A DNA stretch of 62,531 nt, counting the filler, from Choristocarpus tenellus KU-1152 (lineage: Eukaryota > Protista > Phaeophyceae), in NCBI GenBank assembly GCA_964200185.2. It is 9 parts of 9 records of this genome, joined end to end, with 100 filler letters (N's around TTAATTAATTAA, not from the genome) between each part and the next. Parts side by side here need not be neighbours in the genome. Positions count along the whole stretch, not along the records: positions 25,984 to 33,216 come from CAXNAD020006497.1; positions 33,317 to 37,413 come from CAXNAD020016231.1; positions 37,514 to 40,723 come from CAXNAD020021516.1; 6 more parts are not named here. One strand, 5' to 3'. Within the stretch, counting starts at the first letter, position 1. Each line of letters opens with the position of its first letter. The translations under genes were made by a program, and so were the position numbers. The notes under the pieces are model-generated. The model saw only the letters and a list, made by a program, of their open reading frames with translations, made no database searches and was not told where the DNA came from. Shown here in pieces: positions 26,173 through 37,599 of this stretch.

Positions 26173-29124
26173 ATTGGGTTGAAGAATCAGTTGCCGTGGA
26201 ATTCTTCTTCCCAATAGCAAGTTACTCTAAAGAACTGACATCGGATCTCCCGCTGCAACTTCAAAACTTCAGTATGAGGAACACAATCACGATTGGTCTG
26301 ACAAACTTGTAGCCTTAGGGGATACTGAAAGCCATGCCGGCAAAACAGAGTTTGACCTGGTGCATTCACTTGTGTCATGCACTATACACCTGGGCTGGGC
26401 ATCGCCAAACCGTTCCATATGACACTTGGCCACCTCTAAAGCTGTTAACCACATCGAGCAACATGGGATATCCTGGAAAAGCACCCTGAAGGCTTCCTGA
26501 TTACCGGAGCTAACGTAATGCTCCCAGGATGTAGAGCGGGTTAGTTTGCCCCTACGAATCCCCAACCGAGGAGAGGGGGCAGACCCTCATCAATGATCCA
26601 TGGATTCAGACCCTTTTGATGATGAGAGTGACTCCAGCCGGTTGTTGTAGGATGGGTCCATGTTTTGGAGCCCTTATTGTTGTGAGTGTTCTGTTCCTGC
26701 CCCTCATCTTCTCCTACATGATCTGCTCCCTGCTTTTGTTGACATTTGGTTCATCCATCCCAACACCACTAGAATACACTCACCATTTGTGTATCAGAAA
26801 AATGAACACCAAAAACATCAAAGATTACACTCAAGAAAGCAACATTCAACAAGCAGTAGGAACCTAGTTCATAGGCATGCACCCTATTCTCTTGAGCGGT
26901 CTTCTTAGCTACTGCTTTAGAATGGTCTACCTACACATATTGCCAGTTATCACAGCACCTGCCACACCACTCGTCTGTGCAGCAAATATGTTACATCACC
27001 TACGCATGCACACCACTTGTGATGGTTTTCTGTCCATACATGCTACCCCTTGGCCGTGATTCCAAACTCCTCAAGGCCCTCTTGCAAACATGCCCACCAA
27101 TAGTAGTGCTTCTCCTGTTTACATTGCTTTTGCTTTCCATCTCTCTGCGAGTTTCCCAAATACCAGTGCCTTTGGTAGTTGCTCATCCACCATGAATGCG
27201 TCCACCCTGCGAACAAGAGCCTCTGCCTTTGTAAGGTTGTCTTGATACTGTCATTACACCCGGTCTCCACAAGAACAGGCATAATGCTTGTGTTTACATA
27301 TGCGCCATAAAAACAAAAACAAAGTAGAAATGGGTAGCTTGCAAAAGCAACGAGAAAGTGAGAGACTACGTATCGTAATATACAACTGTAGCACTTTAGT
27401 ATAACAGGAATTCCTGGGCTAGAGGTCCTGAAGACAAGTTCATCTTCTCTGATGTAGAAAACTCACCAGCTTGATCCTCCCCTTCAATTGTAACCCCTCC
27501 CCTGGCTAGTTATGTTGAACTATCCCACACTGGACCCGCGGTTTTTATGGTGCTTTAATGAAGGACAAAGAACAGCTTATGTAGATGAACAATGTTAGTA
27601 TTACAAGGGGCTAGTGGTCTTTGTGGTCTCGATTCCGCTGACTGAGAACGTGGGTAAGACCAGTGTTGATTCCATGAGGGGTTTGCAACGTCCACATGGA
27701 TAATCATAAAAGAATACAATCTTTGCATCATATATGGTTAGTGCAGACTTCAACTAAGATACACCGAAACATTTATCTGTCACTACTTTTCCCTCATTAC
27801 TCCTTTATTCCATTATTCCATTATCCCACTGGTGGTGTTTATCTTTCCTAATCTACTCCACGGATGGTGTCTATAGTGTGTCAGCAGCACTATCTACGAA
27901 CAAGTTACTTGGCATTCAATCCACTGTAGGAACACGTACAACTGCAAGTTACTAATCAAGTTTCACAGTAGTGACCTATTGGTGACCACAGTAGTAATGG
28001 CCCTCACCATGCATGGATGCAGTAATATCCACCACACTGAATTCCATCGATTGGAGCACTGGCCAAAAACGGCGCAGCAAGAACATGCAATCTATACATA
28101 CGTTTATCTTGTGCCTGGGAACACTGGGAGGAAGAGGAGAGGCCAAGCCTTGTTTTGACACTCAAGGAAAATGTTCTCCACTCTGTAATCCCCTCCTTCA
28201 CACTTCAAAGTACTGCAGCAACATATGGTACTACACAATCAAGTCCACAATGAGATAACAGAACACCTACAAGTTTACAAAAACGAGAATCAAAAGAACA
28301 ATACACCACCAAGAATAATCCTAGTGGAGGACAAGCAGGACTCTTGATAAAAACAATCAAACAACACTTTCGTCCAGGAGCTTTAAACTCCGGTAGCAAG
28401 GAGAAAGGGGAAAAAAATGGAACACACCATCTCTTTATAGAGAGAGAATCCAGGGCACAGATCGCATTATCTCCAGTAAGATTTCCCCATGCAAGCTTAT
28501 GTGGTGCTTGAGACCAGTTGTAAAACCATCACTGCAATAGATCAAGGCATCAGCCTTGCTGCCACATGTCCACAGCTAGTAAATTGCACATTTTCTGAAC
28601 CTTCCAGATTTGGCAAGAGAGGCAGCTGGCTGCTTTGCAATCGGTGCCATGCAAGTGCCTGGAAAAAATAAAAATAAAACTGCCCAACAACATTGCTATC
28701 AGCAGGCTAAATTCTAAAGAGTCAGATATCCACAAAACAAAGAGTAACCAACCCACACTCTTATTAGTGTACACACGGGAGACACACATTCTGCTGGACG
28801 AAAAATACCCACTGGACCTTTATCTTGGGTCACCAGGTACCCAGGTCTGACCAGGATCCTGTTCTTTATCCGGTTGCCAATTTTCTTTTTCCCCGTTGAC
28901 CTTTTGCTGTCTCATTTCCTCCTTCTGCTGTGCTATGCACCTATCAAGTGCCTCCTTTTTCGGCTTGCACTTGGCCTCCGCCTAACCATTGCGAAGTGAA
29001 GTGGAGGTAAGGGCAAGATAGAGTTTCAGGGGTGGGATAGAAGGAAGACTGCATCATTATCGGGGTGGGGTGTGTGGTGAGCTTACATTACTTGCTGGAT
29101 GATGCATATTTGGGGACCTCGTAA

Positions 29125-29304
29125 GGCTCAAAGTATCTGGGGGGGGTGGGGTGGGGTCTACAAAAGGGTATCCATTCGGGCCCTGACCTGGAGAAGTGCA
29201 CTTACATTATCCATCCGACACATGAAACCAAATCATTCAAAGGTCGCGACATGGAAAAATTGGCCCCAAATGGACAGCCACCCACCCCCCAGATACTTTG
29301 GGCA
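29125..29304 (-). mobile_element. MITE family A copy
   Basis: GGCTCAAAGTATCTGGGGGGG ... CCCCCCAGATACTTTGGGCA; flanks GTAA / GTGA. Confidence 0.9.
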
Positions 29305-30553
29305 GTGAAGCTTTGGGCTGTGTAATTGTGGGAACAATTTGAATACCTCATGAGATCTTGTGTTCCGTTGCAAATGGTAGGGGTTCTACACTGCTTTCCA
29401 GGAAGGTGGTGCAATATTATTCATTCTACTCCGGAGTAGTTTGATGATCTTCACTCCAAAAGAGGCATTTCGCGAAAGAGAATGCTCCACAGTCTTCTCA
29501 AGTTGTATGGCCTACAAGATACGGTCTCACTCACGTTTGAGTGGGGTGTGGTTGCTGTAGAAGCATCAAAGATGAGTTGTGCAAGGCACCTGAAGCGTAT
29601 ATTGCAATGCACACAACAAAAGCCCTAGAATCTACAATGAGAGGAACGGGCAACACACGCGTGACTAAGAACATGGCCACCTCTCGCGATCAAGACAGAG
29701 CCAGCATGAGAGTGAAGGGAACTTAATATGTGCACAATTCATTTACCGCCAAGGTCGAACACGATTTTCACGATGTTAATCTACATGGAGTGATCTTGGC
29801 TGGAGCAACCGTTTTTCGAACTTCAGCAAACCTGTACTCACCTCCATAAAGTCTGTCATTGTTCCCGCAACTCCTGCTGTTATGAAAGGTAAATAGCTTT
29901 TCTTGTACATACTCATTGGAACTCCCACTAACGCTCCCACAAGAAACCACTTCGAGAATTGGCATGAGAGGCGTGGGAATATTAGCCTTTGTTTGAGGAT
30001 ATTAGGATAGGATGAACTTGGGGTTGGGGCAAGTCACAACTTGGCTGCTCAATACAGAATGGCACAAAACGACAGCATGCCAATCTTGGATTAATTTTAT
30101 TCTCCATGTGTGAAGCACTGGTGGTAAGTGGAAACCTATATAGGTTTGTGCAATAATTGATCACTTCCTGACGAAATAGTTGTGATCAATAGTTACCTAC
30201 TTTGTATTGACTAAACATGCAGGCGGACACTTCCAACGCTAGCTCCTTTTCTTCATCGCTCCTCTTTCGGGCCATTGTTTTCATCTACGTTGTGAGACAA
30301 TCCGGGAGACACGACAACTTCTTGCATTAGCTCCAATTTTGACCTTTTGATCCTGCAGATGGGATAGTATCAAAGGCATACATACATAGCTCTAGTATGG
30401 TTGTATGTGTAGCTCAAAACTAACTTCATACACTCACTATTGTTGTTGTAGTGTAAGCGATACGATACGACAATTTGAATATATCATTTTTTTGTTGGAT
30501 TCAAGTTATTCAGCACCTTCCCTCTTACCGTACCCAAACATTGCTCGTAGGGC

Positions 30554-32347
30554 ATGTACCACTCTGCATATCAGGATGGTGACGCTGTGGAAGTGCTCTC
30601 CTCTGCAGGGAAAGATCCTGCGGCTGCTTGGAAGATCACGGGAAAGATAGTTCGCGTCTATGACAAGGGTGTCAAGGGGTGAGACCATTCTTTCTAACCC
30701 GTTAATTACTCGTCCATCTCGTGTATTCCCAGGAAACTAGCAGTGGTTCTGTCTCTGAGACTGGATTTGAGAACAGAAATGCGAATGGCGCGTGACTCTC
30801 TCTCTAATCCCTGCACATGCATACCAACCTGCTTTTGTCATCGTTACCTTAACTGAAGGTTCGTACAGGTGGTGAGTGGAGGAGCTACAACCCGGATGCA
30901 ACTTCCGCCGCAAGTCAAAGGCACCTGTAAGGATTTATGCAATGCTATGTAACTGGGTTGGTGATGGAGGAATGTATGTGTTTGCTCTGGTTAGTTCCTG
31001 GCCTCGTATATCCCTCCAGTGTGCTCGAAAGGGTGCAGAAATATCTATGAGAGGGAGTTGTTGCAGACTGCCATCATTCGAAATTTTTTCTCGTCTGAAA
31101 CCGGTGTATTTCCGTGTAAGGTTAGTGTCGAGCCTAAACGGCTGAGGTTCTCAGGTGGGGTTTTAAGACTTTCTATTGGAAGAGATTGCCTTGAATCAAT
31201 TGAAAGATGAGGCCCGTGTTTCCTACCCCTACGCATTTGCCGCAATCCATCATCTCAGTCCCTCATCGCATCCTATTCTGCCTGGCTCTCGTACGGTCCA
31301 ACCCCAACAATTCTCAAAGTGGGACTACGGCAACGATACCTCGTGATACAGGTATTCACTCACTCCTCCACCGATCGGCCGTTCTCCATTGAACTGGGAG
31401 TTACTGACGCTGGGGGCACACGTAGGCGGCTAGTGTTCTCATCAGCCTTTCGGGCACTGCACTGCACACCCTTGCATGCTCAGGTGTGTCCCCCCGCCCA
31501 CCTCTCAATCAGATTGTTATCACACTGATGCTCGATACTGCCCAGAGTGGAATGCTTAAATGGGCTAGTGGATCTGATTTCTTTTAAACCTTCAAACCCT
31601 ATCCCCAGATTCTGCTTGCGTGACAATTTCTGTGGCAGGTAGGCAGGTCTCCCTTATGCCAGTCCCAGGTATCCGTTCATGTCAGCAGTGATACTCTTTA
31701 CCTTGCACACTTGATTGTGTCGGGTTTTTTTAGGTACTTGTGCAGCTCCTGTGACTTACATGAGCTAGAAATATGTCAACCACTCAGTAACTACAAGGTC
31801 CCTCCTACGTATGAGAGGCATTGTGGGTGAACTCTTTGAGTGACTTAACAAAAAACTTGACCATTTAGGTACACAAACACACACCAACGGTACTGTAGAG
31901 CTCCGATATACCTGTTAGAACTAACAAATGTTCCTGATTTCTCAGCGTAGTAGTTACGTGCTTCCTACTGAGCTACAGAGCATGACCAAGACTACATGGT
32001 TTTGTTAAATCTTTTCGAAAGCTTCCTCAACAGTACGAATTGAGCTGCCACTCGCTGCTCAAACGTACTCTCCCAACACCCTATCCCCTGCAAATACCTA
32101 CAAACTCCCCTCATCGCCCCTGTGCAACTGATCCAGATCCCTCTTGCTTGCCAAGGTCGTCACCGAGGCAAGTGGGCCAACCTTTCTATGGACTTGGTGG
32201 GCCTCACATCGATGTGCTTCAGGGCTGATCCTTTCCGCTCCTTGGACCTTATTGCAGTGGGCCCTGCATGCCGGATTCGCAGCATCTTCACGATGCGAGG
32301 GGTACTGCCTCAACAGGAATGGAGTGAAGGAGGAGGAGGAGGAGGAG
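30554..32347 (+). CDS. CFAP20-domain protein (CFAP20DC/C3orf67-like), 3'-partial
   Basis: Exons 30554-30678, 30859-30926, 31320-31483, 32137-32347 splice in frame: MYHSAYQDGDAVEVLSSAGKDP..WK...VYDKGVKGFV...MQLP...LGLRQRYLVIQ...FSIELGVTDAGGTRRRLVFSS...TPLHAQIPL...WANLSMDL...FRSLD...CRIRSIFTMR, collinear with the CFAP20DC N-terminal domain. Confidence 0.85.
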
Positions 32348-33588
32348 GTGAGTGGGGTGGGGTGGGTTTTCAGTGTTTGACTGCAAGATGAGCCAATGGT
32401 TTGGCATAACTATGAGATTTTTTTGTTTTTGTTAACCGCTGGAAGTATTGATTGTGCTTTGTTTTCTTTATTTTATTTTCTGTAGTATGAAAGTACAGTC
32501 GGTTCATACGACAACAATACAGGTGTTCAGTTTTTTTTTTAATCTAAGTCGGTATGAATGAGTAAAAATCGGTCAGTATCTGAGAGTCTATCGAGTCAGC
32601 AAGAACCGTGGCATACTTTCTGCATTTCCCACTTCGCATCCCTGCAGAATCGCCGATATTTCGAGTACAAAAAACACGCTTCCTCATATAGGAAAGCCCT
32701 TTGTCAAGATTCGTGCTTGGACCCTCCTCGTATGACACGATGCAGTCGTGTGCAAGAGAAGTGTTTGGGACTGTTGTACTTCGACTTGACACAGAGCACA
32801 CTAGGCTGTAATAGAACAGCGGGTTTGGTACTCCAGGTGTGGGTATCACCTCTGGCTCTTACATTCTAGAACTCTCTCTCTCTCTCTGGTTCGGATGATA
32901 CGTTGGTCAATGCGTTGGGTGCAATCGTCTGGTTGTTGGACGACTAGAGAGGTAGAAGAGCTCACTGCGCGGGCTCACGACCTCATCTGGAGATTGATAG
33001 CTCTCTACACCTGCTGGTAGTACAGACAAGAAAAGTCTTGTATCATACGATATTGGGCAAAGTCAGCTTGGTTACACAACCCAACGCCCCCCTTAGCCCA
33101 ACACTTTTTTTTTTTCCATCCCATAGTTCAGTTTGAAGTGCAAGGCATGCATGCCCTTCCCGTTGTCCCCTCTTTGCTGCCTGTTACGTCTTTTGGACTT
33201 CTTGCCGGTAGGTCTTNNNNNNNNNNNNNNNNNNNNNNNNNNNNNNNNNNNNNNNNNNNNTTAATTAATTAANNNNNNNNNNNNNNNNNNNNNNNNNNNN
33301 NNNNNNNNNNNNNNNNCCCCCCTTGCACATTCCAAAAGCTTACAGTTTTTAATGAGCTTTTATCTGGAGCTCATCAGTTCTTCCTGTTGCCTTACTAGAA
33401 ACAGTGTCTCCATCCCTTTTTTCGGCATCAACTATGCTCGGATTTCGAGGAGAGCACAAGGAGCACTTTGGGAGGTCAACTGTTGATCCCGGGATGGAGA
33501 GGTTGGGTCCACTTTTTTTGTGACTTAGTGCTCACAAGAGTATGTGCCACTATATCACAGTCTTCAGCCTTGTAACTCCGGTCAATTT

Positions 33589-33845
33589 GAGTCAAAGTAT
33601 CTTAGTGGGTAGAGCCGCGTCCATTTGTGGGCCAATATCAATGTTGCGATTTTGATGTAATTTGGGCTATCATGTTTGTTAGGACATGTCAATATCCTTG
33701 TTCCGGACTCACCATTTCATAACATGCATTTTACCTACTCAAAAACATTTTGGAGTAGGTAAAATGTCATAAAAAAACCCATGGGAAGCCAAGGTCCAAA
33801 TGGACAAACAGGGCAAAACTCGTACCCTCTAAATTACTTTCTCTC
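33589..33845 (+). mobile_element. MITE family B copy with ATTT target-site duplication
   Basis: GAGTCAAAGTATCTTAGTGGGTA ... TACCCTCTAAATTACTTTCTCTC; ATTT on both sides. Confidence 0.92.
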
Positions 33846-34429
33846 ATTTGATTGAAGACAGTATTTTCAGATTACATGTCTAACTTGTGTGTGCAGTCAT
33901 TGTAATGGACCTGATCCCACTTTCCTGTGGTATGCCACACTGTAGTAACCAATCTCCCGCTAAAGTGACCCATTCCCAAGCCCCTACCTTACCCATTCTC
34001 CTCAACTCCGTAGCCAGCATCTTACCTCTTGCATGTCCAAAATGATGATAACACGTGTATGCACCCCGTGCAATGAGGCCATGAAAGCAAAGGCAACTAC
34101 AACCGTGTAAATTATTTTCATCCCCCCAGTCAAGGCTGCTGTGTAGAGCAGTGAGGCATAAGCACCCAAGTCAGACATTAGATCCATTATTTCTACTCCG
34201 CTGAAGAGGCTGGCATTTGGGAGAAGATTTGAAAGCAAGGCAGGATGAGGGGAAATTCGTTAGTTACACATTGGGTTCTCAGCAACCTTGAGGGCCTGGC
34301 TGTCGTGGCAAGAACACCAACTTGTACGTCTCAGGAAAAAAAAATCTGGAATCGGTTGAGGATAGAAATGCATCTCTTAGGTAAGACTTCTCATGTATTT
34401 CCACAATTTTATGAGAAGTCTGTTTTTGT

Positions 34430-35030
34430 GCATGTTTAAGAGGTGCTGGTACTACGCATACGTGCCTGATCCAGAACTGTTGGCCGATGATGAAGGTCTT
34501 CATCTCCTCATTGAGCGTCATGTGCACCTTTTCAGTCACAGGTATCTGGATTACATCATGAAGCATTGATATAGATAGGGATTGGTCGCAGGAGTGAGGG
34601 TAGGGGGGGAGGAGAGAAAAAATAGTGCTGGCTTGAGTAATCAAGCAACCTCTCTAAAGGATACCAATATCCAGTACTTCAAATAGATTGAAAGAAAAAG
34701 AATGCCTCCAGGTGGTGAGGGCACAGTATGAATACTGTGTATTATAATCTCTTCACAATCGCATAAGATGTGCAAGGCGGGAGTAGTCTTCATTGTAAGG
34801 TCAAATAAGAGCCCAAGTATACAAACAGTTGCTTGTCTGTGTGTTGATGTCAAGGGGTTGTTCAAGCATTTTCCGGCTATGTTTAGGCATGAAGATCTGT
34901 AACAATAAACTCAAAACGAATTTAATTGAGATGAGAATCGCTCAAGTTCAGCATTGTCCTTGTCTCAACACCTTGATTCCACTGATTGACGAACAATCCC
35001 AATGTCATTGGCTCAGTATCATAACCAGGC
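34430..35030 (-). pseudogene. Possible decayed JmjC-domain coding relic
   Basis: Fragments MTLGLFVNQW...MLNLSDSHL, TIFSLLPP and MTLNEEMKTFIIGQQFWIRHV occur in JmjC order; many stops, catalytic HxD not visible. Confidence 0.25.
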
Positions 35031-35680
35031 CTTTGAACTTATGGTACATAAGTATCATACATTCAGTCATTCCTACTTCAGAAAAAAATGTTGGCAAAGG
35101 TGCATGACACCCCCCCTTCAACTAGTGGAAGATATTCGCTGGAGGCTGGTAATATGAATGTTTTAGTGCGGTTTCCTTTGTTGAAGAGTCTCTTCAAACT
35201 GGAGTTGGTTAAAGGCAATCGGTCGGCTGTGTGCTCGACTAAAGTGACACCAGGCTGAAGTAGCAAATCACCCGAAGTACCTTGATATACGCACTATTGG
35301 AACTCATTCCCTGCAACATAAGTGTCCATTCCCTCACTTTGAGTCTCAAACCTCATGGTCGCTGGTATTTTTTTTACATGTATACACCTTATTCAGGTCA
35401 GTCATTTATCCATGGTTTTCACTGACTCTTGATGGCTGCTGATATTATATAACAAAAATATCAACACCAATTATATGGCTTAAAATAAATTTCTGTCATA
35501 GTATACTACGTAGTACCAGAGTATTTGTTTGATATTATTGAAGTACAGAGAGTACAATTAAGTACCTCACTTCCTCTTTTGGCATTTGTGGTGGTGATTT
35601 GTCTCAACAGTGCTTCAACCCAACGACCACTGACTACCAAGGTATTTTTTCCTCAACAAATTCCAAACATTAGCAGACTT

Positions 35681-35937
35681 GAGTCAAAGTATCTTGGAGG
35701 GTAGAGTTGCGTCCGTTTGGGGACCAAATCCAATGTTTCGATTTTGATGTAGTTTTGGCTATTGTATTTGTTAGGAAGTGTCAATATCCTTGTTCCAGAC
35801 ACACCTTTCCATAACGTACACATTTTTCATACTCTGAAGCATTTCGCAGTAGGTAAAATGTCGTAAAAACCTGTGGGAAGCCAAGCCCCAAATGGACAAA
35901 CAGGGCAAAACTTGTACCCTCTAAGATACTTTCACTC
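35681..35937 (+). mobile_element. MITE family B copy
   Basis: GAGTCAAAGTATCTTGGAGGGTA ... TACCCTCTAAGATACTTTCACTC; flanks ACTT / ACAT. Confidence 0.92.
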
Positions 35938-37599
35938 ACATGATGACACGGGCGCTCCACTGTCACGAGCGGTATGAGGACCACGGTCATTGTGCCGGCA
36001 ATGATGTCCAACTCTGTTGATGATGAAGTCTCCTCACCTCCTTCCAGGTGCACGGTTGACGAGCCAAGAAGAACATCCATGGAGGTTGTACTCCTCGTAG
36101 ACCCTCAAGGAATCTTGAAGAAGTCGATCGGACCATTTCGTGTGGGCAGGGCAGGTGGAAGATATCATCAGTCATGTTGGCAAGATTACTTGGCAACCAC
36201 AAGATACCGCTACCCGTAAAAAAATACCCAGGCTAGATGAATTACCTTGCCTCTTGTGGAAGAAGAGGGCATCAAGGAAAGCCTGATATCGCGATTGCGA
36301 CTCCTCCGACTTCTGTGGACAAGTAACCTCTACATGTTCGCCAGCCTAGGACTCGGCGAAAGAGAGTAGGGCCTTGAACGGCGCCCTTACCATGCGCTTG
36401 ATTCCCAAGGAAACGCGTCAAACTCGGTATCGTCGCTGTAAGAGCGCTCGCTGTGGTACGGTTCTCCTTACTCTAGATGCAGAGTGTATTTTTGTGGATG
36501 GAGAGGGGGGGGGTAAGATCGTGAACTCCAATAGTATGTGGTAATAGCAGTGGAGAGGCAACACTGTTCGACGATAGAGCAGAAATCGAGGTGTGGTTTG
36601 GTTTGGGACGGCTCAATGTTCGTCGTGCACGTTTTACGGGTAGCAAGTCGTAATGACAGCTCAACTCATTCGAGGTCGAAATCGCCACGTCAACGTGCGA
36701 TGACACTACTAGGGCTTCTTGTTCGATTATAAGGAACACTCTCAGCGACCGCCCTATACTTATCTATCTGGCAATGAGGGAGGGGGCTGTTGTTTGCGTT
36801 GAAGAGGACTGGGTAGAGTTCGAGGTATGTACGACAGGAGCAGAAGAGATATGGTAGAGATCAATCCAGAGAAAACATTGAAGTGCAGTGTTTGTGACCA
36901 AATTTTGCGACACGAAAAGCGTTACATATAGAAAAGAAGAAAGTCTGAGATTCGCATTTCGATTGTCGATTGGAGGAGAGATTATAAAAACTGACCTGGC
37001 GCTTGATCGATTGGTTGATTGGACTTGGAAGTCACACCGCCAAACATCTGCCCCAATAACTATTAATAACATATATATTAATATATTTTGTGCAATAGGT
37101 CCGTGCTGCGTTGTCCACAACGTTTGAAGATGTTGATGAAATTAATTTCTGAAAGAAGATTTGGAATCCTTGACGAATTTCTGGTTAGGGTCGGCTCTTG
37201 TTATTGTTATTACTCCCCATCCTCAATTTTATCAGCCACAGAAAAAGCCTCCATGTCTACCTTCAGCTTGTTTTCAACCTCACTAGACAACTGCCTCTTC
37301 CTTACCCCTGTGTACTCCACACTGAAGTCATTCCCCCCTTTGTATCTAAGTACTTGATTGTACACCACAAAAAGGAGCTGCCAAGCCCTCTTAAGTGTGG
37401 TTTCATCATACTCNNNNNNNNNNNNNNNNNNNNNNNNNNNNNNNNNNNNNNNNNNNNTTAATTAATTAANNNNNNNNNNNNNNNNNNNNNNNNNNNNNNN
37501 NNNNNNNNNNNNNCAGTGCACCAATCAACAGTCAGTACAAGCTGGTAGTATGTGTATCATATCAACAAGAAACAAATGAGTAGCCTATGTTTTAACACT

